Below are positions 1 to 11,000 of a stretch of DNA of 52,094 nt, one piece after another (position 1 is the first letter of the stretch; each line of letters opens with the position of its first letter). The notes below the pieces were generated by a model. It ran no database searches and was not told where the DNA came from. It worked only from the letters and a program-made list of their open reading frames with translations. The DNA lies in contig JBQLZK010000055.1 of assembly GCA_052168235.1 (NCBI GenBank), forward strand, positions 1-52,094. The letters run 5' to 3'. Origin of the DNA: Thainema sp. GTDB taxonomy: Bacteria > Cyanobacteriota > Cyanobacteriia > Phormidesmidales > Phormidesmidaceae. The translations under genes were made by a program, and so were the position numbers.

Positions 1-57
1 AACTCCTGACCACGCAAGGTCTACACTCTATCACCTTTTAGCCGACCAGTGCCTTAA

Positions 58-639
58 TCAATAGGGTGTGCCTTTTTCATGGCGTTGGCGTTGCAGAGCT
101 TCTTCATACCATTCCAGTTCATCTAAGAAAGTATTGAACCGTTGGGTCAGAGATTCATTTTCAGGAATTCCCTCTGGATCTAGGGAGTTTAGAATCTGTG
201 AAATCGCAAACATCGAGGAAATCGTTGGCATGCCCATTTCGCCTAGAAAGGCTCTGAGCTGAATGGCTGCTCTGACACCTCCAAATCCTCCGATAGAATA
301 GGACACGATACCCGCAGGTCGAAAATAGTACTCTTCTAAGAAGTGATCCATCAAATTGCTGAGCCCTGGTTGAACAGAGTGGTTGTACTCTCCAGTAATG
401 ACGACAAAGCCATCGGCAGTACGGATATGTTCGGCAAGTGCTTCCATCTTGGCGGGTGCTTGTCCCGATTCATACTCTTTATACATCCGATCCAAGAGGC
501 CAAAATCATACTCCATAGCATCAGCAAAAACGGTCGTGTGGCCTCGCTTAGCGAGCTGGTCCAGCACAAATTTAGCGGCTCTAATGCCATTGCGATCGCG
601 CCGATACGAGCCATAGAAGACAACCGTTTTGAAACTCAT
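58..639 (-). CDS. NADPH-dependent FMN reductase (flavodoxin-like fold)
   Basis: GSYRRDRNG phosphate-binding loop, ADGFVVITGEYNHS and SYSIGGFGG motifs; ATG at 639 preferred over the upstream TTG. Confidence 0.88.
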   Translation of the reverse strand: MSFKTVVFYGSYRRDRNGIRAAKFVLDQLAKRGHTTVFADAMEYDFGLLDRMYKEYESGQAPAKMEALAEHIRTADGFVVITGEYNHSVQPGLSNLMDHFLEEYYFRPAGIVSYSIGGFGGVRAAIQLRAFLGEMGMPTISSMFAISQILNSLDPEGIPENESLTQRFNTFLDELEWYEEALQRQRHEKGTPY

Positions 640-734
640 AAGTAGATCCTTAAACAAAGATTTGCTGTCGCTGGAGCGTTGTTGCAACTACGGTCTAGAC
701 ACCCTCAAGCGTATTTTTAGAATGAAATAGCCCT

Positions 735-1009
735 AGCCATTATGGACAACTGCTCTGTTCATTTAGCTAAAGAGATAGAGGAGATAATTCATCAGGCCAG
801 AGCTTCTCTAATTGATTTACTGCCTTACTCTCCCGGATTTTTCACCGATTGAAAATTTCTGGTCAAAAGTCAAATCGGTATTACGATTGCTCGAAGCAAG
901 GACGTATCCCGACTTAGCCAAAGCTCTGGAAAAGGTATTCGGTGGAGTATTTTGGAAAGACATCGAAAACCGGTTTACAAATTGCTGTTACTGTATCTCA
1001 TCAGAATGA
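735..1009 (+). pseudogene. IS630-family transposase C-terminal remnant
   Basis: IMDNCSVH...LPYSP, then a frameshift into (D)FSPIENFWSKVK, matching the DDE_3 'DN..H' and 'YSPDF.PIE..W' signatures; no N-terminus. Confidence 0.8.
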
Positions 1010-1040
1010 GCAGTGCTGTCTACGATCAGTTCACACTTTA

Positions 1041-1886
1041 TTACTGAGCGATCGCGGAGCGGTCTTGAGGAGACATCGCGGCATGTTCAATCACTGCGGC
1101 GACGGCATCTGGATGGGAAACCATCACGACATGGGATGCACCTTTGACGACGACGGCCTCATTAGAGTTAGCCTGCTCTGCCATAAACGATAGGGCGACG
1201 GCTGGGATATTGAGATCGCGATCGCCATAAATAAACCAGGACGGGACAGACTTCCAGGCGGGCACATCAGAGGCTTCGTTCAATGCAGCTTCCGTAATGG
1301 GACGCTGGGTACTCGCCATTAACTGCGCGTCATTGACGGGCACATCAGCGGCAAACTGAGCGTGGAACTTGTCCTGTTGAATGTAGAGGTCTTTGCCACC
1401 CTCTGGTAGGTCAACGGGGGGTGCGAGGGTTGGCCCAAGGGTGCTGCCTGGGTAAAGTCCTGAGAGTTCAACTGCCGTCTCACCTGCATCAGGCGCAAAA
1501 GCCGCAACGTAAACCAATGCCTTCACGTTTTCGTTGTCCTTGACCGCATTGGTAATCACTGCCCCTCCATAGGAATGCCCCACAAGCACAATGGGACCTT
1601 CAATACCCTGAAGAACGCTGGCGACATAATCAGCATCGCTGTTGACTCCGCGCAGGGGATTGGCAACAGCAACCGTCGGATACCCTTTGGGAATGAGCTG
1701 AGTCAATACACCGTTCCAACTGGAAGATTCGGCGAATGCACCGTGAACTAAAACGATGGTCGGTTTACTGTCTTGAGCGCTGGCAGGATTCATGACAGTT
1801 CCTAAGGATGTGAGGGTTGTGGTGCCCAAAAAGAGTGCGACGATGAGCAACAGTCGGATGCCGTTCTTGAGTGCGAATCTAATCAT
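1041..1886 (-). CDS. Secreted alpha/beta hydrolase
   Basis: Hydrophobic N-terminal signal; LVHGAF, GHSYGG nucleophile elbow, GDRD and ASH catalytic motifs. Confidence 0.85.
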   Translation of the reverse strand: MIRFALKNGIRLLLIVALFLGTTTLTSLGTVMNPASAQDSKPTIVLVHGAFAESSSWNGVLTQLIPKGYPTVAVANPLRGVNSDADYVASVLQGIEGPIVLVGHSYGGAVITNAVKDNENVKALVYVAAFAPDAGETAVELSGLYPGSTLGPTLAPPVDLPEGGKDLYIQQDKFHAQFAADVPVNDAQLMASTQRPITEAALNEASDVPAWKSVPSWFIYGDRDLNIPAVALSFMAEQANSNEAVVVKGASHVVMVSHPDAVAAVIEHAAMSPQDRSAIAQ

Positions 1887-1994
1887 GGTTGGATTGCCTT
1901 CGTGCTGGGTGATTTTGTGAGGTAGCGTTTGATGACGCAACGTGAGTGGTTATAAAGGGTGTCAAGAGTTAAACGCCATTTAGGAATGCAGTTG

Positions 1995-2930
1995 CTACTT
2001 AAACATCAACTGCTGAAGTTCCTCTTGATTCCAGTTGCCTAACCTGGCGGCAGCTTCGTAGGTGCTTTGCAAGAACTCTAACAACATCTGATCGGGTGAT
2101 TCTGCCTCGCGGACCGCATCATAGGGCAAAACAAATTCACCCAATTCTTGACTGTAAAAGGCCGCATCGGGACGAACCTCAGCCTGCTTAAACCCATCGG
2201 GTTCTGGGTACGCATAGGAATAAAACGCTGGGTATGATAGTCCGGCTCCGGGCCAAAATCCGGCACTACTGACTTCCTGGGAATAGGCTTCCTGCGCTAC
2301 TGTATCCGGTAAATTGGGCACCCCTCCCGGATGCTCAGGAGCCGATCGCCCCGAAAAGCGAGTCACGGCTAAATCAAAACTGCCCCAGAAAAAATGCACC
2401 GGACTAACCTTGCCGGAAAAATGGGAGCGAAATTCTCGAAAGACGCGATCGGACTGTAGCAGCACTCGCCAGCATCGATTGGCATAATCCGCATCATAAG
2501 CAGCATGGGTTTCATCCTGCTCAAATCGAATTGGGTCAGGAACTTCATTCGGTTTGGTGTTGATGGTGATGTGAAGATCGAGTGCTCTCAGAGTTTCCAT
2601 CACAGTCTGGTAAAAATCAGCGACAGAGCGGGGGTAGAGGGCGATCGCTTGCTTTGCCCCTTCACTGGTTTGAATCAGCAGCTCATGATCAATGAAATCA
2701 AAGTCGATTTGAAAGATGCGGCTACCATAGGGAATCGTGGAGGTGGTCAGTCCCCGAACGGTTAAATAGAGGGGAAGATGCCAGGAATGATTAATCCACG
2801 GCGTTTGGGTAAACCGGATTTTGCCGATGATTTGCGTCCACATGTGCAAGGTGGTATAGGTCTCTTGCCATGCGTCCAGGGGTAAACTCGGCCAAATATC
2901 CGTTGAGGTTGGGGGCGGCTGATTCGACAT
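1995..2930 (-). CDS. DUF5996-family protein
   Basis: TLHMWTQIIGKIR, WINHSWH and VSPVHFFWGSFDLAVTRFSGR motifs recalled as typical of this family. Confidence 0.75.
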   Translation of the reverse strand: MSNQPPPTSTDIWPSLPLDAWQETYTTLHMWTQIIGKIRFTQTPWINHSWHLPLYLTVRGLTTSTIPYGSRIFQIDFDFIDHELLIQTSEGAKQAIALYPRSVADFYQTVMETLRALDLHITINTKPNEVPDPIRFEQDETHAAYDADYANRCWRVLLQSDRVFREFRSHFSGKVSPVHFFWGSFDLAVTRFSGRSAPEHPGGVPNLPDTVAQEAYSQEVSSAGFWPGAGLSYPAFYSYAYPEPDGFKQAEVRPDAAFYSQELGEFVLPYDAVREAESPDQMLLEFLQSTYEAAARLGNWNQEELQQLMFK

Positions 2931-2963
2931 GATGGTTTCCTCGTAAGTGGAAGCGGAACGTGA

Positions 2964-3239
2964 TCAGTAGTTCTTCTGCTGTTCATCGACAAAACACCAC
3001 AGCCATTGTTCTCCCAACTCGGCTGAACTAATCACCGCGTGTCCGCTCTCTTCGTAATGACGGCGAGCATGTTGATTTTTAGATGAGTCGCAGCACAACA
3101 TTTTGCCGCAGGTTTGGCAAATTCTTAAATGGACCCAGCGATCGCCAACTCGCAGGCATTCCTCGCAGCGGAATACCGGGTAATTGGCTTTAAAGATCAT
3201 ATTCTCTAGCGTCAGGTCGTTCAGGTGTTGACAAGACAT
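2964..3239 (-). CDS. UBP-type zinc-finger protein
   Basis: C-x-H...CEEC...WVHLRICQTCG...CCDSS..HA..H...GH...W.WCFVD pattern. Confidence 0.85.
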   Translation of the reverse strand: MSCQHLNDLTLENMIFKANYPVFRCEECLRVGDRWVHLRICQTCGKMLCCDSSKNQHARRHYEESGHAVISSAELGEQWLWCFVDEQQKNY

Positions 3240-3275
3240 GCAAGATTCCTGTGAATGGGCAAGATATGTACTTGA

Positions 3276-3866
3276 TCAAACGGGATATAGCCATTTGCGA
3301 AAGAGTTGAGTGAGGCGCGGCATAATCGCGTAAGTTAGCAGGGTCACCGTTAGACCTGTCACCAAAAGGGTTCTGAGCAATACCGGAAGCCCAACCAAGA
3401 GCGGTACTAGCCAGCGATTGAGAATCGATATCGTAAAAAACACTCCCAGCCAAGTCACGATCGCCATTTTGTAGCGCGGCGGTGGAGCCTTCATGGATTT
3501 GTTGGGCAGCGTAAACCAGGTTTCCAAACCCGTTAGAGTTTGAATGGTTTCAGGCTTTTCAATCAAGGGCTGCAATCGCTCTAGCCACTCCTGCCGCACA
3601 CTGGATTCCAGCCAGGTTTTGAGTTTGTCGTAATGATTAAATTTGACGATTGCCACATATTCACGATGAGCGTGATCAGCGGGACGGATCACACTCACCC
3701 CTAAATGTCCCTGAAATTGGTGGGCCGCCGTCGCAATGCCGTGTAACCATTCCTCATATCCTTGCTCACGTCCAGGTCGAATGAAGTGAGAAATGATGGC
3801 AGTGACCTGATGGTTTTCTTTATCTGTCCCGACTACCAACGGATCTAGCATTACCCATGACCTCAA
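3276..3866 (-). CDS. Antibiotic biosynthesis monooxygenase (ABM) domain protein with C-terminal membrane helices
   Basis: GHLG motif in an ABM-like N-terminus, TGLETWFTLP...PPRYKMA motif and two hydrophobic helices; exact start uncertain. Confidence 0.75.
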   Translation of the reverse strand: MRSWVMLDPLVVGTDKENHQVTAIISHFIRPGREQGYEEWLHGIATAAHQFQGHLGVSVIRPADHAHREYVAIVKFNHYDKLKTWLESSVRQEWLERLQPLIEKPETIQTLTGLETWFTLPNKSMKAPPPRYKMAIVTWLGVFFTISILNRWLVPLLVGLPVLLRTLLVTGLTVTLLTYAIMPRLTQLFRKWLYPV

Positions 3867-4004
3867 AAACTCTAGCTACAAGGAAGTGATGATGGTTAAT
3901 GGGCGATCGCCAGCGATCGCCCCTACTCTATGCACGAAATCATTCAGTGCTGCTGCAATACGGCAAATGAACTGGATCACTGAGCAATGACAACATCTAC
4001 TCAG

Positions 4005-4691
4005 TTACACACCAGTCATGAGGGGTTCACGATTGGCAGAGCCAGCGTTTGATGTTGTTGCCAGGAGCTGAAGTTCCCATGCCAGGGCCACTGCACTAGC
4101 ACCGCCATGCTCAAGAATAATCTCTGATACCCCCGCAGCTGTTTCTGTGCGTGCCCAGTCACGTTGCCATTCAGCCATTACCGCCATCCAGGTGATGGGA
4201 ACTGCACCCGCCTGCACCATCCGGCGAACCGCCATGTCATGAGCTTCCGCAGTCACACCGCCCGACGCATCGGTCACGATGAATACGTCATAGCCCTCAC
4301 CCAGCGCCTGGATTGCTGGCATTGCGAGACAGATCTCGGTCCAAAGCGCCGCGAGTATAAGTTGCTTGCGACCACTTTTCTTCACTGCATCTGTCACATT
4401 TGGATCTTCCCAGGTATTGATGAAAGTGCGGTTGATTGGTTTTTGATCAGGAAAAACATCCTGTAATCCCTTAATAATGTAACCCCCTCTTTCTTCAATG
4501 ACTGTAGTGAGAATTGTGGGTACATCAAACACTTTTGCCGATTTGGCAAGACCAATCACATTGTTAGTGATCATCGTCGGTTCATGGCTGTTTAAGTTGG
4601 TGAACTGATAGGGCTGGTGGTCAATTAGTACCAGGATGCTATCTTCTGGACGAAGCAGTCCTTCCAGACCAATTTTTTGATTTTTAGACAT
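4005..4691 (-). CDS. YcaC-like isochorismatase-family cysteine hydrolase (copy 1)
   Basis: LIDHQP, ALWTEIC (catalytic Cys) and TDASGG motifs. Confidence 0.88.
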   Translation of the reverse strand: MSKNQKIGLEGLLRPEDSILVLIDHQPYQFTNLNSHEPTMITNNVIGLAKSAKVFDVPTILTTVIEERGGYIIKGLQDVFPDQKPINRTFINTWEDPNVTDAVKKSGRKQLILAALWTEICLAMPAIQALGEGYDVFIVTDASGGVTAEAHDMAVRRMVQAGAVPITWMAVMAEWQRDWARTETAAGVSEIILEHGGASAVALAWELQLLATTSNAGSANREPLMTGV

Positions 4692-4789
4692 TGGACTCTC
4701 CTAATTTGAGTGGTTGGTGAATGAAGAATTGCCGAATGAAATCAAAATTAAATTGACTTGCTCGAACCATTTGCATGACTGTTTGCACA

Positions 4790-4934
4790 AATTCAATATA
4801 GGGGGTCGCCTTCAAGCTGTCGCCTACAGCAAGTTCAATTTTTTACAGTGCAAATTGATAGATTAACCATGCGATCGCAGAGTAGAAGGCTGGCTCTAAC
4901 TTAAGTTAGAATCCAGAGCTGATCGAAAGTACAT
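4790..4934 (-). promoter_or_regulatory. Leftward promoter with perfect palindrome TCTAACTTAAGTTAGA (4895-4910)
   Basis: Homologous in inverted orientation to 12325-12470; shared TATATT -10-like hexamer (4795-4800 on the minus strand). Confidence 0.7.
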
Positions 4935-5039
4935 TCATATCAAGATAGAAAGATCTCCACCAGGAGCTTTATATTCTGGAGTTTGGTAGGCGATATACTT
5001 TGGGAAACGGATGTCAGTCCTTTATCAAGGGAGCATTCA

Positions 5040-8000
5040 ATGGTCACCCTGCCTGGAGTTACTATCCACAGCAAAATCTATGAGAGCTTAGCTTCTTTGG
5101 TATACCGGGGCATCAGAGAGCAAGATAACTGTGCAGTAATTGCCAAAGTTCTCAAGCAGGATTATCCCTCTCCTCAGGAATTAACTCGCTATCGGCAGGA
5201 GTATGAAATTACTCGTTTTCTCAATATTGAAGGCGTAGTTAAGGCATACAGCCAGCAAGACTATCAGCGCACGCTGGTTCTTCTTTTGGAAGACTTTGGT
5301 GGAGAGTCTTTAGAATGCTGGATGCGGCAACAATCAGATTTCTCTCCCATGACGCTGTCGGTTTTTTTGAATATGGCGATCGCCATTACTGATACTCTGG
5401 GCAAAATCCATGCGGCTCATGTCATCCATAAAGATATTAATCCTGGCAACATTGTCTTTAATCCGAGGACTGGCGTTGTCAAAATCATTGATTTTGGCAT
5501 TGCTACTCGCTTCAGTCGCACCAATCCCACGTTCAAAAGTCTCCATCTTCTAGAAGGAACCCCGGCCTATTTATCACCAGAGCAAACCGGACGAATGAAC
5601 CGGATGCTCGACTATCGCACTGATTTCTACTCACTGGGTGTAACCTTCTACGAACTGTTGACAGGACAATTACCGTTTCCCACTAACGATCTTCTAGAGC
5701 TAGTCCACTGCCATATTGCCAGACCACCAATTCCTCCGCACAAATTGAACGCGGCGATTCCTCAATCCGTCTCAGATCTGATTTTGAAACTGATGGCGAA
5801 GAATGCAGAGGATCGTTATCAAAGTGCTTGGGGCATTAAAGCAGATCTAAAGCGCTGTACCCAACAACTGGTAGAAATGGGTCAGATTAACGCCCTACCG
5901 TTGGGACTGCAAGATGTTTCTGAGCAGTTCCGCATTCCTCAAAAACTGTATGGGCGAGAAGCGGAGATTGCAGCATTATGGATGGCATTTGACAGAGTGA
6001 CAGGGAGTAAGGCAGTCCGTGAAATGATGCTGGTCTCTGGTTATGCTGGCGTGGGCAAAACAGCATTGGTACAGGAACTCTTTAAACCGATCACCGCAAA
6101 CCAAGGCTATTTTATCTCTGGCAAATTTGACCAAGTTGGGCGCAACATTCCCTACAGCGCTATTGTGAATGCCTTGCAAAAGTTAGTGCAGCAACTCTTG
6201 AGCGAACCGGATGAGCAGGTGGAAGCATGGCGATCGCGTCTACTCACTGCTCTGGGCAGCAATGGACAAATCATCATTGATGTCATCCCCGAAGTTGAGT
6301 TCATCATTGGTAAGCAACCACCTGTGCCCGAAGTTGGAGCGATAGAAGCACAGAATCGCTTCAATCTCACATTTCAAAGATTTGTGCAGGCGTTTTGTGC
6401 AAAAGAGCATCCCCTAGTCATTTTCTTAGACGATCTACAGTGGATCGACTCTGCGACTTTGAAGTTAATCGAACTCATCTTATTTGATGAGCAAATCCAG
6501 TATCTGTTTTTGATCGGAGCCTACCGAGATAACAAACTGACTTCAACGCATCCGTTTGTCTTAACGCTAGAAAGCCTGCGAAACCAGGGAGTAGGACTTC
6601 AGGAAATCATCCTGACCCCCTTAACACTGGAACCGTTGACTCAACTGGTAGCTGAGACATTCCATCGCAATTCTGATACTGTTCGTTCCTTAGCCCAAGT
6701 CGTGTTCCGTAAAACCGAGGGCAACCCTTTCTTTGTGGGTGAATTTTTGAAGCTACTGCATAGCGAAAACCTGTTAACCTTTGATGCCCAACAGTTGAGT
6801 TGGCAATGGAACTTAACTGAGATTGAAGCTCAAGATATCACCGATAATGTGGTGGAGCTACTGCTGCGTCAGTTACAGAAATTACCGGAAGCAACACAGC
6901 AAATTCTCTCCATCGCCGCTTGTATTGGGTCTGAGTTTGATTTAGAAACGTTAGCGATCGTTTGCGAAAAATTACCGAAAGCAATTTTCCAGGATCTACT
7001 AGCAGCAATACAAGCGGGGGTAATTCAACCTCTGTCTGAATTGGACGAAGATTTGTTAGTTCAAGAGTATAAGTTTCTGCACGATCGCGTGCAGCAAGCA
7101 GCTAATGCCCTAATTGATGAGTCGTGCAAACAAGTGGTTCATCTCCAAATCGGTCGCAATTTACTCGAAAAAACTTCACCAGAGCAACGATCCGATCGAT
7201 TGTTTGAAATCATCGATCATCTCAATCAAGGACTTGAGTTAGTCACTGCTCAACCAGAACGAACTGAAATTGCCAGATTAAATTTAGCGGCAGGTCAGAA
7301 AGCAAAGCCATCGACGGCTTATGAAGCAGCTTTTAAGTATTTCACTACAGGTCTTCAACTCCTCAATTCAGAGAGTTGGCAGAGTAAGTATGACCTGACC
7401 TTAGCGCTGTACTCAGAAGCCGCAGAAGTGGCGTATCTCCAGGGTCGCTTTGATGAGATGGAACAGCTAGTAGAAGTGGTACTCGATCGCGCTAAGACAG
7501 TGGTTGACAAAGTGCAGGTTTACGATAGCAGAATTCAAGGATATCTATCACAGGGCAACCTGAAAGAAGCACTAAAAACTGGATCTGAAGCGTTAAAGCT
7601 CTTGGGACTAGATTTCATAGAAAATCCAAGTCAGGCAGATGTTGAAAGGGAATTGAAGTCAACGACTGCACTACTTGCTGAACGAGAAATCGAAGACTTA
7701 ACTAATTTACCAAAGATGACTGCACCAGAACCGCTGGCAGCAATGTATATTTTGGCGAATATCATGGGTGTTTCATATACAGTGTCATCAGAACTGATGA
7801 TGCTGATTGCTTGCAAAATGGTAAATTTATCAATCAACTACGGCAATGCTACTTGGTCACCGCAGAGTTATGCTGCCTACGGGTTTGTTCTATGTGGATC
7901 TGTTCAAGATATTGAACTCGGCTATAAATTTGGTCAATTGGCTCTAAGCTTGGTAGAACGATTGGATACCAAAAAAGGCAAGGCTAAAGCATTACAGATA

Positions 8001-11000
8001 TTTAGTGAAAATGTCATGCACTGGAAGGTACATCTTAGGAAAGTAATCCCAGTTCTGGTTGATGCTTATCAAAGTGGAGTGGAAACCGGAGACTTTGAAT
8101 TCGCTGGCTATGCTTTATATGGCACATGTTATCGCTCGTTTTTTGTTGGTGAGGAACTCAGCCAGTTGGACCAAAAAACAGCAATTTACAGCAAAGCGAG
8201 CGGACAAATCAGACGAGAAAATCCCTCGACTTGGATTGCAATAGTGTGGCAGACCATTCTTAATTTGTTAGATAGGTCTGAGAATCCCAGTCGCTTAGTT
8301 GGTTGGGTGTGTAATGAAGAGCAGGCATTACCACACGCCTTTGCAGTTAACGATAGAATTGCAATTCAAATGCTATATCTGCACAAAATTATACTGTATT
8401 ATCTATTTGGAGAACACCATCAAGCTGTACAGACTGCTATTTTGGCAAGGAAACATTTTGAAGAAGTAACAGCAATAAAGTTTTCACCTATATTTTGTTT
8501 CTATCATTCTCTGACGCTTCTGAGCCTATCGCTTGAGGCTTCAAGCTCTGAAAAAGCAACTTGGCTAAGTTGTGTTAGCTCCAACCAAGAAAAGGTGAAG
8601 AAATGGGCAGAACATGCCCCAATGAATTATCTACATAAATTTTATCTAGTCGAAGCTGAGAAAGCACGAGTCTCAGGGCAATTTCTTGAGGCTGAAGAGT
8701 TTTATGAACGAGCGATCGCAGATGCTGCCGAAAATGAGTATATCCAAGAAGAAGCATTAGCTTATGAATTAGCAGCTAAACATTATCTAGCGCGAGGTCG
8801 AGAAAAGATTGCTCAAACCTACATGAAAGAGGCGCACTATTGCTACGATCGCTGGGGCGCGATCGCTAAAGTCAAAGACTTAGAAAAACGCTATCCACAG
8901 TTCTTTTCTCAGTCGTCTAGAGCCGCTTCTGCATCAATTCCTATTACTGCTAAAACTATCTCTAATCCCTACCATACTGATTTCGATTTAGCAGCAGTGA
9001 TGAAAGCTTCGCAGGCGATTTCTCGTGAAATTGAACTGAAGCAACTGCTGCGATCGCTGATGCAAATTTTAATTGAGAATGCTGGCGCACAAACCGGATA
9101 TCTGATTTTAGAAAACTCAGGAGAATGGTTGATTGAAGCGGCTTCTGAACTCAATGCCGATGAGAATGCTTGTGCGACTCAGGTGTTACAGTCTATTCCA
9201 ATTGCCGATCAATTGCCGGAATCAATCATTCAGTATGTGATTCGGACTCTGAAGCCCGTCACCTTGAATAATGCGACTCGTGAAGGTGCTTTTATTAATG
9301 AGCCATACATTCAACAGCACCAGCCTCAATCTATTTCCTGTTTGCCGCTGCTAAATCAAGCCGAGCTGGTCGGTGTATTGTATTTAGAAAATCGGTTAGC
9401 AACTGGAGTATTTACACCAGAGCGATCGCAGGTCTTGCAGCTATTATCAACTCAAGCCGCGATCGCCATCGAAAATGCCAACCTTTACTCAGAACTGCAG
9501 GCTAAGGAAAGCAAGATCACCCAGTTCCTCGAAGCGATTCCAGTGGGAATTGCGATCGTGGATGCGACGGGTCGCCCTTACTATACCAACCAATGCGGCA
9601 ATCAACTCACGGGCAGAGAAACTGATACTTCCATAGCACCGGAGCAGATCTCAGAGGCTTATCAGCTTTATGTAGCGGGAACGGATCAAATCTATCCAGC
9701 GGAGAACTTACCTGCTGTGCGGGCATTAAGGGGCGAACGCCTCAGGACTGAAGATATAGAAATTCGTCGAGATCAGGTCACAACTCTAATTGAGGCACGG
9801 GGAACCCCCGTTTTTGATCAACAGGGCAATATCACGTATGCGATCGCGACCTTTCAAGACATTACAGAGCGCAAACAAGCCGAAAAACTCTTGGCCGACT
9901 ACAACTGCACTTTAGAGCAACAGGTCGCAGAACGAACTGCTGCGTTACGACAGAGTGAGTCCAAGTTTCGAGCTATTTTTGATAACTCACAGGTCGGCAT
10001 CTACCGAGTCCGCCTCTCGGATGGATTACTTCTCGATGCCAATCAACGCCATGCCAATCTGTTTGGCTTTGATTCACCAGAGGAAATCATTGGGCTTGAA
10101 TATGTCATAGGCTATTATGCAAATCCCAGCGATCACCAACACCTCATTGACTTGCTGAAGCGGGATCGGGAAGTGCGAAGCTTTGAAGCCCAGATGCGAA
10201 AACGAGATGGGACATTGTTTTGGGGGCTTTTCTCGCTTTATCTGAATGCAGACGGTGAATACACCGAAGGGGTGGTTGCGGATATTAGCGATCGCAAACA
10301 AGCAGAGGAGGCATTACAAAGCAGTGAAGCCAAGTTCCGCAATATCTTTGAAAACTCGCAGGTCGGCATCTTCCGAAACCGCATCTCGGATGGATTAATT
10401 CTCAATGCCAACCAACGCCTTGCCAACCTGTTGGGCTTTGATTCACCCGAGGAGATCATTGGGCTAGAACATAGCATCGACTATTTTGTAAACCCCAGCG
10501 ATCGCGAACACGCCCGTGAGGTGATGAAGCGAGATGGGGAACTGCGAAGCTTTGAAGCACAGTTGCGAAAACGAGATGGGACAGTTTTCTGGGGACTTAC
10601 CTCTTCTTATCTGAATGCAGCTGATGGATATGTCGAAGGGGTGGTTGCGGATATTAGCAATCTCAAACAAGCAGAAGCGGCTCTACAAGCGAGTGAAGAA
10701 CGACTACGCTTAGCATTAACTGCTTCAAAGCAGGGACTCTACGATATGAATCTCAAAACTGAAGAAATCGTAGTTAACCCAGAATACGCTCTAATGCTGG
10801 GCTACGATCCGGCAACATTTCGAGAGACCAAATCTAGGTGGGTTGAGAGTTTGCATCCTGATGACAAAGAATCAATGGTTGCAGTTTACAGTGGTTTTAT
10901 GACTGGAGAAGCCCCGAACTATCAAGCAGAATATCGCCTGCGTACTCGGAATGGTCAGTGGAAATGGATTCTTTCTGTCGGCAAAATTGTTGCCTGGAAT

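Noticed and set aside
3901..3922. Hairpin GGGCGATCGC-CA-GCGATCGCCC
   Set aside because: Two adjacent HIP1 sites; at most an intergenic stabilising hairpin
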